From an uncultured Cytophagales bacterium (GTDB taxonomy: Bacteria > Bacteroidota > Bacteroidia > Cytophagales > Cyclobacteriaceae): a stretch of 64,000 nucleotides of DNA. The first letter of the stretch is position 1. Each line of letters begins with the position of its first letter. This document shows, piece after piece, positions 49,169 through 60,235 of this stretch. The stretch is taken from the NCBI GenBank assembly GCA_963699805.1, contig CAVOVH010000002.1:118220-182219 (forward strand), read 5' to 3'. A program made the translations under genes and the position numbers. Under the pieces are notes generated by a model, which saw nothing but the letters and a program-made list of their open reading frames with translations, did not search any database and was not told the origin of the DNA.

Positions 49169-51418
49169 ATGAAACGTCTGGCATTCTTCATCATTATTCC
49201 AATTTTTGGTGTCTTTATCACAGCTTCCGGACAGGAATATCCCCGGGTCACCTTAGATCTGAATGGAGATTGGGCATTTGAACAAACTTTAGATGCTTTT
49301 CCACCCAGCAACTTCACCCGGATATGTCCTGTGCCGGGATTGGTTCATCTGGCCCGGCCGAAAATCGATCAATACGAAGTGTTTTTCAACCGTCCAGAAG
49401 AGTCCATTGCAGATCAGAGTCATAACCTGATGAACAGGGATTATCAGCCTAAGTATTCCTGGTATAAACGGAAAATCAACATTCCTGCCGGGCTAAGTCT
49501 AAAAGAAGGGGTGATCACCATTAAAAAAGCCCAGTACGTAACACAGGTTTATGTAAATGGCATGGATGTGGGCCAGTCCATGGCTTGTTATACCCCGGTT
49601 GAATTTAACATAACTCATGCGCTTAAGTTTGGCGAGGAAAACGAGATCTTAATCCGGCTGGGTGACCGTGCCTGGCTGCCCAGTGAGGCGGCTGGTGGAA
49701 CCGATAAGGAGAAGATCCATTATTTGCCCGGTATCTGGGATGATGTAAGTCTTACGTTTACGGATAAACTCAGGATAAACCGGGCATTGATTTTGCCTTC
49801 GGTTGATAAAAAGGAAGTTAATTTCAAGGTCCAGATACGCAGTTTTTATCCACCCCAGATGGAATATGGAGACCCCATGTCCGATTCCTGTTGGGTGGTG
49901 ATCTCAGTGATCGACCCGGAATCAAACCAGACCCTGGGAATTACAAGGCTGAAAACTCAGGCGAAAAGGGACAATATTTCAATGATTGAAGGAAAGATCC
50001 CGTTATTTAATTTCATCCCTTGGACGCCGGACCAGCCCAAATTGTACGTCGCCCGCCTTTCTGTTGAGAAGGAGGGTAAGATCCATGATGAGACGGAGTT
50101 AAAGTTCGGGATGCGGGATTTTAAACGGAAAGGGAAATATTTTTATCTCAATGGCCAAAAAACCTATCTCAGGGGGACCAACATCACCCTGCAACGTTTT
50201 TTCGAAGATCCGGATTGTGCTGACCTTGCCTGGGATCGCGAATGGGTGAAAAAATTACTGGTTGATATTCCGAAAAATCTAAATTGGAATGCCATGCGGA
50301 TCTGCGTGGGGATCGTGCCTGATTTCTGGTATGATATTGCAGATGAATATGGGATCATGTTTCAGAATGAGTGGTTTTACTGGCAGAATCATGGCTGGGA
50401 TGATCAGGTGAGAAAAGAATATACTGATTGGGTATGGAGTGATGGGAACCATCCTTCTATAGTGATCTGGGATGCCATCAATGAAAACTGGGATCCCTTC
50501 ATTGGGAATGTACTCATTCCCGAGCTAAAGAATTTGGACCCGACAAGGATATGGGATGCAGGTTATATGACATCGGCAGAGATGAGTCTGGATGAAATGG
50601 ACGAACCACATCCCTATCGGGCAGGGTGGGCGGTGATGGTCGCAGAGGACATCGATCATTATCTGAGGGCCAATCCGTATTGGCTGGGGGATCTTGATGA
50701 TTGGCCTGATCAAATGCGGCATTACCTGGATGCCAGTGCTGCCCAGCTCGTGAATGAATACGGATGGATCTGGCTCTGGAGGGATGGACAACCCGCCAAG
50801 TTAACCAGGAATCTTTATGATTATGTACTTGGCGATCAGGCCACTGCCGGGCAGAGAAGAGAAATGCAGGCCTACTGGTTACAGTTGGAAACAGAATGGC
50901 TTCGGACTGAAAGGTCATTTGCCGGAATCCTTTCCTTCTGTTATCTGGCCAACAATTATGGATATACAGGGGATTGGTTTATCGGGAATATTAAAGATCT
51001 TGAAGAAGGACCCACCTTAAAATGGTTCCAGCATTGTTTTGCACCCCAGGCAGTATTTATCAACCTGCCAGATCAGCGGTACATGGACAATGGGAAGTAT
51101 TACCAGCCCGGTGAAGAACTGGCATTTAATCTGATCGGCATTAATGATAAACCTGAAAATATTTCGGGCAAGGTCAGGCTGGAGATACTGGATGACAAGG
51201 GACAAAGCACCCTTCTATTTTCCGGGGAAGTAAAAGTGGATGGGCTTGGGAAGACCTATGTTCCAGTGATCGTGATTTTGCCGGATAAAAAAAGGGGTTA
51301 TCTTTTAAAATCCACATTTACACCTGCGGAGGGACGCCCAATGATCAGCCGCAGGTATTTACGGGTTGGGGAGGGTATTGGAAGAATGGATTTTTATGAG
51401 ATCAAGCCGGAAGAGTAA
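49169..51418 (+). CDS. Glycoside hydrolase, GH2-like (beta-mannosidase/galactosidase superfamily), secreted
   Basis: 749 aa with a signal peptide. A sugar-binding-like N-domain is followed by a TIM-barrel region with HPSIVIWDAINENW (candidate acid/base Glu). The family assignment is by motif only. Confidence 0.55.
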   Translation: MKRLAFFIIIPIFGVFITASGQEYPRVTLDLNGDWAFEQTLDAFPPSNFTRICPVPGLVHLARPKIDQYEVFFNRPEESIADQSHNLMNRDYQPKYSWYKRKINIPAGLSLKEGVITIKKAQYVTQVYVNGMDVGQSMACYTPVEFNITHALKFGEENEILIRLGDRAWLPSEAAGGTDKEKIHYLPGIWDDVSLTFTDKLRINRALILPSVDKKEVNFKVQIRSFYPPQMEYGDPMSDSCWVVISVIDPESNQTLGITRLKTQAKRDNISMIEGKIPLFNFIPWTPDQPKLYVARLSVEKEGKIHDETELKFGMRDFKRKGKYFYLNGQKTYLRGTNITLQRFFEDPDCADLAWDREWVKKLLVDIPKNLNWNAMRICVGIVPDFWYDIADEYGIMFQNEWFYWQNHGWDDQVRKEYTDWVWSDGNHPSIVIWDAINENWDPFIGNVLIPELKNLDPTRIWDAGYMTSAEMSLDEMDEPHPYRAGWAVMVAEDIDHYLRANPYWLGDLDDWPDQMRHYLDASAAQLVNEYGWIWLWRDGQPAKLTRNLYDYVLGDQATAGQRREMQAYWLQLETEWLRTERSFAGILSFCYLANNYGYTGDWFIGNIKDLEEGPTLKWFQHCFAPQAVFINLPDQRYMDNGKYYQPGEELAFNLIGINDKPENISGKVRLEILDDKGQSTLLFSGEVKVDGLGKTYVPVIVILPDKKRGYLLKSTFTPAEGRPMISRRYLRVGEGIGRMDFYEIKPEE

Positions 51419-51544
51419 AATGGAAAATGTAAAAATGTAAAATCTAATGATGCCTGCCTGTTTAATTTTCCGGAGCTATGGTGTATAATAGATTTCCTAT
51501 TCATTTCAATGCATATTAAATATAATTACCTGATAAAGTTCCTT

Positions 51545-52207
51545 TTATTCAATCAGGGAGATAACGATCTCTGAACCAGCGCCAAACTCTTTCAGGTATT
51601 TTTCAGACAACTGCAATATTTCCCCCAATCGATTGTCTGACATGAAATCAAAGAAGGCCATCAGAAATTTTTGAGTGGATTCCCGGACCATGGTTCTTTC
51701 AGAGTCGCTGGTCGGACTTCCGAAAGCACCACTTGAATCTCTTAATACTGGCAGTTGATGTATATTCAGGGTTCCTCTTGCAATGGCTTCATAGGGTTCA
51801 TTTTCTTTCCCCAATGATAAGATTATCTTTTCAGAAATTTTGTCAGTATCATACCCGCCAATGGAGTAACCTGACCGGATCGAAACCAGGTTCAGAAGAT
51901 CCACAATATTGTTTACCCGGTAAAGTCCTTTTCCCTGGACAATACGGCGGGTCAGGGCTTCTGCGGAAGGACGGTAACGAGTAGGATCTTTTCCAAGTAT
52001 CCGGTACGCATTTTTGTTCTGTTCGATCAAGGGGAGGCTACTCACTTCTTCGATGGATATTTGTTCCCGTAAAAGCTGGATTTGAATGTCAATCTCATGT
52101 AATAAGGCAGGTGAAGAATCTTCCACAAGCACCTTGGCCTGGATGATTCCCACCCGGCAGGTGGGTAAAACATCCTTTATCTCGGAAGAAATAGTGATAT
52201 CATTCAT
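51545..52207 (-). CDS. B3/B4 tRNA-binding domain protein (PheT-related)
   Basis: 220 aa. N-terminal pattern ISSEIKDVLPTCRVGIIQAKV and size match stand-alone B3/4-domain proteins. Confidence 0.65.
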   Translation of the reverse strand: MNDITISSEIKDVLPTCRVGIIQAKVLVEDSSPALLHEIDIQIQLLREQISIEEVSSLPLIEQNKNAYRILGKDPTRYRPSAEALTRRIVQGKGLYRVNNIVDLLNLVSIRSGYSIGGYDTDKISEKIILSLGKENEPYEAIARGTLNIHQLPVLRDSSGAFGSPTSDSERTMVRESTQKFLMAFFDFMSDNRLGEILQLSEKYLKEFGAGSEIVISLIE

Positions 52208-52351
52208 GGGAATTCGTTTTGACCGGGTAAAAATATAAAAACCATTAAAAAAAAAGCTTGAATAATATATTTAAAAAGAACTAATATAATTAGCATCTAT
52301 AAAGATTTGTTTTTATATTTACTAATAATATTAGTTTTAAAAATAAAAAAT

Positions 52352-52705
52352 ATGATCAGCAAAAAAATGCAATCCATTGAAATAATTGATAAAATGTCCA
52401 GGGAACAAATCCGTGATTATTGGTATGAATTAAAGCAGATGCGTTACGATGGATATTATTTCAGGGAATTATATCAGAAGATTAAAAAAATGAATCCAAA
52501 CTTGATCTTACCGGATCAGGGAGAAATAGACAGAATTGAAAAGGAAGCACTTTCTATCGCTTTCTGGGAGGAGAACTGGGAAATAACCAATGAGAGACGG
52601 GTCAAAAATGGGGGGGTGGATTATTCGATTTTAAAATGCAATCCGATAGAAAAAAATTCGGACCTCTTAAATAATGAGAACCTTATGCAACAGAAGGTTA
52701 TTTAA
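52352..52705 (+). CDS. Hypothetical protein (AT-rich orphan)
   Basis: The track ORF starts at TTG 52307; the first ATG is 52352 (MISKKMQSIEI). No motif recognised. Confidence 0.4.
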   Translation: MISKKMQSIEIIDKMSREQIRDYWYELKQMRYDGYYFRELYQKIKKMNPNLILPDQGEIDRIEKEALSIAFWEENWEITNERRVKNGGVDYSILKCNPIEKNSDLLNNENLMQQKVI

Positions 52706-52810
52706 ATAAATCCGATCAATTTATAGATAGTGATATTGAATTTTCTAAAAATAGTTAAGTATCCGAGGGTCAAGGATCAAAGTATTTATTGATCACTTTT
52801 TTCAATAAAA

Positions 52811-54043
52811 TTAATAGAGATCAAGCTTCAAACCGAGACCTATCCGGTAAACAGGATTTGGATCAGCAAATAGATTGATGGTACCATACGAAAACTGTCC
52901 AATTAAGGAAATGGATTTGAATTTATGGTAAGCGAATTGATAGCCAATGTCAGCATTGAATCCATAACTACTTGTATGTGATATTTCTTTGCTGATTTTA
53001 CTGATTGAGCCATTTTCGATTAATACTTCACTTCTGGCCGTCAGCTCCGGGTGCTTTTCCAATGGCAAGCCAAAATAAGGTTCCAATCCAAAACTCAGGT
53101 TTGACCTATTGCCTATCCGGAAAAATCGCGTAAGTGAAGGACATAATAAAATCTCCGTAAACGATATTTCCATATCCGATATTTTTCTGTTGACGGTTCC
53201 TTCACTGAAATAATCACCCACAGATTTAAAATCGAACATATGATAAACTCCGGTAAATCCAAGAGCATATTTTCTGTTGGATTTAAAGGGAAAAATATTA
53301 AAGAAAATACCTGCGTTCATATCAGATTGACTTGAGAAATTTACATCACCGATAGAAACACCTACCCTATCAATATTTTTGTATGTAAATCTGGCGATGC
53401 CATATACAGCGACAGGTCCGATTTCCATAATAGATGCCACCTTTGGTTTATTAACCAAGGTATTGGAGGAACCCACACAATTATTATATTTATTCAATAA
53501 TGATATCAGGGAAGGGTGATCATAGTTGGTTTTATGGATCCGGTAACTTATCCGTGGGCAATCCCTCAGAAGAAAAGCAACCACATGACTATAAGGCCTG
53601 TCCTGCTTATAATATTTGCCATCCTTTTCCGTAATGCGTTCCTTGTTCGACAGCAGGATCATCCCCTTTTCCTCGGTTTCGATGATATATCTTTCATCTT
53701 TATTAAAATCATTATAGTACAGGGATGCTTTCCCCTTTACCAATACCTCGAGGAACTGATTTTCCAACTGATAATTTCCCAGGTCTGCCGTTTTTCTTTC
53801 ATAGGCTCCAATGTTCGGGATATAAATAAAATTTATATTAGCGACAGGAACCTGAGATTTGCCTTGTTCTGAAACGATTATCAGCTCATTCATTAGATTG
53901 ATATCAAAACTGATGGGTATTTCAAAACGGGTGTGGACTGTATCATTTAACTGATCCACATAATATCCGGGATAGATCGTTTGACTCAGGCTTATTTGCA
54001 CGCCCAACAAGCCTGTGAGGAAGCAAGAAATAATTTTTATCAT
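52811..54043 (-). CDS. Hypothetical secreted protein with a C-terminal beta-barrel-like half
   Basis: 410 aa with a signal peptide (LLGVQISLSQ). The C-terminal ~200 aa has alternating hydrophobic strands and ends GLGLKLDLY. No family recognised. Confidence 0.5.
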   Translation of the reverse strand: MIKIISCFLTGLLGVQISLSQTIYPGYYVDQLNDTVHTRFEIPISFDINLMNELIIVSEQGKSQVPVANINFIYIPNIGAYERKTADLGNYQLENQFLEVLVKGKASLYYNDFNKDERYIIETEEKGMILLSNKERITEKDGKYYKQDRPYSHVVAFLLRDCPRISYRIHKTNYDHPSLISLLNKYNNCVGSSNTLVNKPKVASIMEIGPVAVYGIARFTYKNIDRVGVSIGDVNFSSQSDMNAGIFFNIFPFKSNRKYALGFTGVYHMFDFKSVGDYFSEGTVNRKISDMEISFTEILLCPSLTRFFRIGNRSNLSFGLEPYFGLPLEKHPELTARSEVLIENGSISKISKEISHTSSYGFNADIGYQFAYHKFKSISLIGQFSYGTINLFADPNPVYRIGLGLKLDLY

Positions 54044-54345
54044 AGCTTTAAAAATTGTTGTTCAGGAAAGTATTAAAAAATGCAACCAATTTCTCTAAAT
54101 ATAGGATTAGATCAGATATCTAAATTGATTTTGGATGGAATTATTTTTTGACCGGATGCAATTCGAAAATAAAATGATTTCGATGAATGAACGGATTAAT
54201 CCATCCGGATTTATTTCACAGGATTATATTTAAATTCAAGAACAGCAGCTGTTTTAAATATAAGCCGAAAACCTTTCTTTTCATGATAATAAATCATAAT
54301 TATAGGATTTTGAGGATCCTCCTCACGAAAAACTTTCAAATTACC

Positions 54346-55599
54346 TTATACCTTTTTCAGCTCAATGATCGTAATCTCCGGAGGAATACCGATCCGGCCT
54401 GGATATCCCAGATAACCATAACCACGATTGACATAAAGAGATTGATTTTTCTTTTGATACAATCCGGCCCACTGATCATATACATATTGTGATGGACTCC
54501 ACCGGAAACTACCCCATTCCACACCAAACTGGAATCCGTGGGTATGACCGGCAAACATCACGTCAATATCGGGATATTTTTCTCTTACCTGCGCATCCCA
54601 GTGGCTTGGATCATGGGATAATAGCAATTTTACCGGGATTTCATGCGTTCCGGCGTATGCCTTATCCAAATCACCATATTTTGAAAATCTGCCGGCTCCC
54701 CAGTTTTCAACTCCGAGAACAGCGATCTGCTCCCCGTCAATTTTCAACAGCCTGTTTTCATTCAATAGCAAATCCCATCCCAGCGTCTGATGGGCCCTGA
54801 TCAGATCTTTGAAATTTTCTTCCTTGGCATTGGAGGAGGGCCAGGACCGGTAATCCCCATAATCGTGATTTCCGGTGGTTGAATAAACTCCCAGCGGGGC
54901 TTTAACCTTATCGAAAACATTCATATAATCTTTTACCTCATCGGATGAAGAATTGACCAGGTCACCTGTAAAGAAGATGATATCCGGTTTTTCCCTGAGC
55001 AACATTTCCACTCCACCCTTGACGGCCCTTTTGTTGAAAAAACTCCCTGAATGGATATCGGAAATCTGTCCGATTTTAATTCCATCCATTGCTGAAGGCA
55101 GATGACCGATGATAATCTTTTTTCTCCGGACCCGGTAATCATGGGCACCGGAGATAATTCCATAAGTCATTCCCACAACCGGTAACGTCCCGGCTATCAG
55201 GGCGGTTTTCACCAGGAATTCTGATCTGGAGATCCCATGCGTTACCTCCATGCCTTCGGTTACTGTCTTCGTACCGAAAAGCGATACTACCCATTGCCCT
55301 GCCCGGAAGAGGTCGTCAATTACCAGAAATACAACCGCAAAGGTTTTCGCAAAATAGTTGATGAATATTCCAACCATCAGGAAATTCCGGAAATGTTTTG
55401 GAAATATGTCAGGATTCACAAAGTGATAGGTAAAGTACCCCATTAAAATGATGAGCGTAATGGCCCAATAGCCAGTAAAGATAAATCTTCTCCAAAATTC
55501 AGGCATATCCTGACCGATCACCCGGATTGCCTGGAAGACATAAAGATCGATCAGGAAAAGGACCAAACCGAAAACCGGTACAACGATTATTTTATTCAT
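54346..55599 (-). CDS. Membrane-anchored metallophosphoesterase (YkuE-like)
   Basis: Four N-terminal TM helices, then the motifs DIHSG, GDLV, GNHD and GHTH. Confidence 0.85.
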   Translation of the reverse strand: MNKIIVVPVFGLVLFLIDLYVFQAIRVIGQDMPEFWRRFIFTGYWAITLIILMGYFTYHFVNPDIFPKHFRNFLMVGIFINYFAKTFAVVFLVIDDLFRAGQWVVSLFGTKTVTEGMEVTHGISRSEFLVKTALIAGTLPVVGMTYGIISGAHDYRVRRKKIIIGHLPSAMDGIKIGQISDIHSGSFFNKRAVKGGVEMLLREKPDIIFFTGDLVNSSSDEVKDYMNVFDKVKAPLGVYSTTGNHDYGDYRSWPSSNAKEENFKDLIRAHQTLGWDLLLNENRLLKIDGEQIAVLGVENWGAGRFSKYGDLDKAYAGTHEIPVKLLLSHDPSHWDAQVREKYPDIDVMFAGHTHGFQFGVEWGSFRWSPSQYVYDQWAGLYQKKNQSLYVNRGYGYLGYPGRIGIPPEITIIELKKV

Positions 55600-55614
55600 T
55601 ATGTCACTTTATAT

Positions 55615-58600
55615 TTATCCGGCCGCACTGGCTGTCTTTTTCTTTCCATTCTTGAATTTATGAATCATCCTGTCCGATAAGAGGTACATGACAGGTACAA
55701 CTACCAGGGTCAGGAAGGTTGCAAAACCTAGCCCGAAGATCACAGTCCATGCCATTGGACCCCAGAATTCTGCATTCGTACCTCCAATATAGATATTCGG
55801 TTCGAAATTGGAGAAAAGTCCGATGAAATCAATATTTAAACCCACTGCCATTGGTAAAAGTCCCAGAATGGTGGTGATGGCGGTAAGTAATACCGGCCGC
55901 AACCTGATTTTCCCCCCTTCTTTAATACTGTTCAGCAACTCCTCATAAGGCAGTAATTCTCCTTCAGGAACATTCAACTCCTTCCGCCGCCTTTGCCGTA
56001 CCAGGTTGGTGTAGTCAATCAGCACGATCGCATTGTTTACTACCACCCCGGCAAGCGAAATAATTCCAATCCCGGTCATGATGATGATAAAGTCCATATT
56101 GAAGATTACCAGTCCAAGGAATACGCCGATAGTACTGAATAAAACGGATAACATGATGATAAACGGAGAGATCACCGAGTTAAATTGGGCTACAATGATC
56201 AGGAAGATACTGAAAATGGCAATGATGAGCGCCCGCATCAGGAAAGCACTCGACTCGGCCTGCTCTTCCTGTTCACCGGTAAATTTGATTTCATACCCCG
56301 AGGGCAATTCGAGGTCCGCCAGCAGTGTTTTCAGATCTGAAATGATCTCATTGGCATTATATCCTTCATTGACATTGGAGTATAAGGAAATGACCCGGTC
56401 AAGATCTTTTCGCTTAATGCTCCCATAAGTTGATGAATATTCGATCGATGCCACGGAAGATATCGGGATCTGTTTTATTTTGCCTTCATTATCCCGGAAT
56501 GTGATCTTTTTATTGATCAGGGCATCGATGTCGTACCGGTATTCGTCTTTCAGCCTGAGCTGGATCGGGTAATCATCTTCCCCTTCTTTATATTTCGACA
56601 CTTCAAAGCCAAACAAAGCCGTCCTCAGTTCCGAGGCGATCTGGCTGGTGCTTAATCCGAATCTTCCGGCCTTTTCGCGATCGATATTTACAAGAAGTTC
56701 CGGTTTGCCCGTCTGGATATCCGTTTTTAATTCTTCTATGCCCTGGATATTGGATTCATTGATAATCTGTTTCACCCTTTCAGAAAGCACAATAAGTCTT
56801 TCCAGGTTTTCACCAGAGATCTCTATATTGATAGGCTTTCCGACCGGCGGGCCCATGCTGTCTTTATCGACCGAAATCTGAACACCCGGATATTTGCTCA
56901 TGGCATTCCGGATCTTTTCCATGATAAGGGAAGTGCTGATCCCATCCCGTTCTTCATATTCATAAAACGAGATCCCGATCAAGGCTTTATTGGGCGTAGC
57001 CTGTCCGGCTGTAAAATCATAAGGATCACTGGCGCCTTCTCCTACCTGGGCAATGACGGATTCCACTGCCTTGTCGTAAGGTTTCAGGAGTTCGATGATT
57101 TCTTTTTCAATGTTTCGTGTAAAACTGTTTGTGTTTTCAATATCCACCCCGATGGGTTTTTGAATATAGACAAAGATATAATTGGGTTCGCTGGCAGGGA
57201 AAAGACTGACTTTTGGCTGCCTGATATCCACCAGTATAATGGCAATTACCAAAAGCAGAAAAGTGCCCAGGAAGGTGATATAGGGCATCCTGCCATGCAG
57301 AACAAAATCAACGGTCTTGGAGTAGACCCTTTCCAGAAAGGGGATAAATTTCCGTTGAAATAATTTTACACCCGGGATCAGGACATGAACATTAAAAGGG
57401 ATAAAAAATGCAATGAGCGTTAAAAGGTTTGCAAACCAGTATATTTTCACAAAATAGAATATCCCTGCAATGGCAAAAATGATCATGGAAATAATGAACA
57501 ATCGCAATTTTTTGGGTTCTTTCTCTTGTAATCTCATGTACATGGATGTGAGAACCGGATTGATCACCAGGGCCACAAAAAGAGAAGAAGATAACACAAT
57601 GATCAGGGTAATGGGAAGAAACTTCATGAATTCACCCATCAGTCCTGACCAGAACGCAAGCGGGAGAAATGCCGCGAGGGTGGTAGCGGTTGAAGTAATG
57701 ATGGGAAGTGCCACTTCACCAACTCCTTCCTTGGCTGCCCGGATGGGAGAATAACCATCCTGCATCAACCGGTAGATGTTTTCCACTACAACAATGCCAT
57801 TATCCACCAGCATGCCCAGTGCAAGGATCAAACCGAATAATACCATCATATTAGCCGTATAACCGATCGCGTTCAGGATCATGAAGGCCATGAACATCGA
57901 CAGAGGAATGGCGATACCGACGAAAACGGCGTTCCGTAAACCCATGAAGAACATCAGGGTGAGGGTAACCAGAATGACACCGGTAATGATCGAGTTCTCG
58001 AGATTATTCACCATGCTGCGGGTAAACCGCGACTGGTCGTTGGTGATGGTGATCGTCAGATCATCCGGGAAAGTATCCTGCTGGACCTGATCCAGGATGG
58101 CTTTGATCTCATTGGCTGCGATCAGAAGATTTTCTCCACCTCTTTTGACTACATCAAGGGTAACCACAGGCAATAATTTAGATCTTGCATAACTCCTGGG
58201 TTCTTCATAGGAATCCTTCACGTCTGCCACATCCTTCACATAGACGATATTGTCATTATCATCCTTCACGACCACATCCCTGATCTCATCAACGGATTTG
58301 AATTCTCCGGTGATCCTCAGTGACCGCTGGAAAACCTGGTCACGGATATTCCCACCCGACATGGTCACGTTCTCTGACGCAACCGCATCCATGATATCGC
58401 CAAAACTAACCTTCATGGCTTCCATTTTATGGATGTCTGCATCTATCCGGATCTCCCGTTCCAGGGCCCCTTTAATATCACATTTTGAAATCTCCGGTAA
58501 TTTTTCGATTTCGTCTTCCAGAATTTCGGCGAAATTCTTTAATTCATCGATGCTGTAATTTCCTGAAATGTTGATATACATGATCGGGATCTCATTCAGG

Positions 58601-59040
58601 TCGATGTCAATCACATTGGGATCCGTATCCAGGTCGGTAGGCAATTCACTCTTCGCCCGGTCAACAGCATCTTTGACATCCTGCAAGGCCTTGCCTATGT
58701 CTTCTTCCGGATTGAATTCGACCACAATGGATGAGTAATCCTGCACGGAGGTCGAACGGATATCCTTGATTCCGGAAATGGATTTGATCTCCTTTTCGAT
58801 CGGGCGGGTGATCAGGTTCTCAATATCTACCGGAGAGTTCCCCGGATAGGGAGTTCCTACGTAGACAGTGGGGATCACAATCTCCGGAAAACTTTCCTTG
58901 GGGATCATGTTGTAAGCTGTAACCCCCATGATCACGATGATGATGGTTAGAATGATTACACTGGTCCGGTTATTGACGGCAAGGGAACTCAATCCGAATT
59001 CCCTGATCACCGATTGTTTGGTATCTTTATTTTCCTCCAT
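55615..59040 (-). CDS. RND efflux transporter permease (AcrB/HAE1-type)
   Basis: 1141 aa with 12-TM topology and two large periplasmic loops. It lies in an operon with the MFP and TolC genes. Confidence 0.93.
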   Translation of the reverse strand: MEENKDTKQSVIREFGLSSLAVNNRTSVIILTIIIVIMGVTAYNMIPKESFPEIVIPTVYVGTPYPGNSPVDIENLITRPIEKEIKSISGIKDIRSTSVQDYSSIVVEFNPEEDIGKALQDVKDAVDRAKSELPTDLDTDPNVIDIDLNEIPIMYINISGNYSIDELKNFAEILEDEIEKLPEISKCDIKGALEREIRIDADIHKMEAMKVSFGDIMDAVASENVTMSGGNIRDQVFQRSLRITGEFKSVDEIRDVVVKDDNDNIVYVKDVADVKDSYEEPRSYARSKLLPVVTLDVVKRGGENLLIAANEIKAILDQVQQDTFPDDLTITITNDQSRFTRSMVNNLENSIITGVILVTLTLMFFMGLRNAVFVGIAIPLSMFMAFMILNAIGYTANMMVLFGLILALGMLVDNGIVVVENIYRLMQDGYSPIRAAKEGVGEVALPIITSTATTLAAFLPLAFWSGLMGEFMKFLPITLIIVLSSSLFVALVINPVLTSMYMRLQEKEPKKLRLFIISMIIFAIAGIFYFVKIYWFANLLTLIAFFIPFNVHVLIPGVKLFQRKFIPFLERVYSKTVDFVLHGRMPYITFLGTFLLLVIAIILVDIRQPKVSLFPASEPNYIFVYIQKPIGVDIENTNSFTRNIEKEIIELLKPYDKAVESVIAQVGEGASDPYDFTAGQATPNKALIGISFYEYEERDGISTSLIMEKIRNAMSKYPGVQISVDKDSMGPPVGKPINIEISGENLERLIVLSERVKQIINESNIQGIEELKTDIQTGKPELLVNIDREKAGRFGLSTSQIASELRTALFGFEVSKYKEGEDDYPIQLRLKDEYRYDIDALINKKITFRDNEGKIKQIPISSVASIEYSSTYGSIKRKDLDRVISLYSNVNEGYNANEIISDLKTLLADLELPSGYEIKFTGEQEEQAESSAFLMRALIIAIFSIFLIIVAQFNSVISPFIIMLSVLFSTIGVFLGLVIFNMDFIIIMTGIGIISLAGVVVNNAIVLIDYTNLVRQRRRKELNVPEGELLPYEELLNSIKEGGKIRLRPVLLTAITTILGLLPMAVGLNIDFIGLFSNFEPNIYIGGTNAEFWGPMAWTVIFGLGFATFLTLVVVPVMYLLSDRMIHKFKNGKKKTASAAG

Positions 59041-59072
59041 GCTTAATTTTCATTAACAACCATCAATATTTC

Positions 59073-60230
59073 TTAAATCGAGCGGGTGCCCTCCACGATT
59101 TTGATATTCACACCGTCACTTACATCACGGAACCCCTCGTCGATCAGTGATTCATCTCCATTCAGCCCATTTAGTACCACCGTTCTGTTCTGGTAGGTCT
59201 TACCTCTTTCGATGGTCACCTTTTTTGCAGTTTGATTGTCACCCTCATTGGAGACGATGTAGACGAAATCACCTTCCCCATCTTTTTGGATCAGGTTGGT
59301 TGGGATGACGGGAGCATCTCCAATTTCATAATCCTTTATTTTAATTACAGCCACCAGGTTTGGTTTCAACTTTGCCTTCAGTTCGGGCACCTTGACTTCA
59401 ACGGAGAAGGTCCGGTTATCGGGATTGATCACCTGACCGATAGATGAGATTTCAGATTCGAATTCCAGATTCAGGGAAGGGATGGAAACCATGGCACGAT
59501 TACCTCTGCTGAACGATCCGATATAGGTTTCTGAAATGTCAGCTGTAATATACATGTTTTGTATACTCACCAACCGAATCAGGGTAATGCCAGGTTGCGC
59601 CAGCATACCAATCTTCGCATCCAGTACATCAACCGTTCCACTGAAAGGGGCTCTGATATAGGTTTTATCAATCTGCGCCTTCAAAGTTTGCATCTGGTTC
59701 TCGAGTGATTCTTTCCGGTTTTTTGCTTCCAGATACTGAACCTCTGTGCCTATTTTTTTATCCCATAAGTTGGATTGTCTTTCAAACATGGTTTTTGCCA
59801 GGTCATAACTGGTTTGCAGCTCAGCCAGATTGGTGCGCAGGATTTCATTTTCCAGTTGAATGAGCAGTTTACCCTGGTTAACAAATTGTCCTTCATCGAC
59901 ATGGATCTTTTCAACCATTCCAATGGTTTCTGCGGTAATGTCTACGTTTTTTCGACTTTCTACCGAACCACTTATTTCCACATAACTTTTAAAATCCCTT
60001 TTTTCGACAGGTATGACAGAAACAAGTGTCGATTTACGATTGGCCTTGGCAAATTCAGGATCCATGGCAGAGATTTCATTTTCAAGAGCTGCAATTTCCG
60101 CCCGGATATTATTCATCTCCGATTTTTTCTTTTTTAATTCCGCTCTTTTTTTATCGAGTTCACTGGGCTGTTCACAGGCATGAACAACAAAAACAACTGC
60201 GATAAGGGTGATGATCTTTTTAATATCCAT
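59073..60230 (-). CDS. RND efflux periplasmic adaptor (membrane fusion protein), lipoprotein
   Basis: Lipobox VHAC, followed by coiled-coil hairpin, lipoyl-like and beta-barrel regions. Confidence 0.9.
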   Translation of the reverse strand: MDIKKIITLIAVVFVVHACEQPSELDKKRAELKKKKSEMNNIRAEIAALENEISAMDPEFAKANRKSTLVSVIPVEKRDFKSYVEISGSVESRKNVDITAETIGMVEKIHVDEGQFVNQGKLLIQLENEILRTNLAELQTSYDLAKTMFERQSNLWDKKIGTEVQYLEAKNRKESLENQMQTLKAQIDKTYIRAPFSGTVDVLDAKIGMLAQPGITLIRLVSIQNMYITADISETYIGSFSRGNRAMVSIPSLNLEFESEISSIGQVINPDNRTFSVEVKVPELKAKLKPNLVAVIKIKDYEIGDAPVIPTNLIQKDGEGDFVYIVSNEGDNQTAKKVTIERGKTYQNRTVVLNGLNGDESLIDEGFRDVSDGVNIKIVEGTRSI

Positions 60231-60235
60231 ATGAT

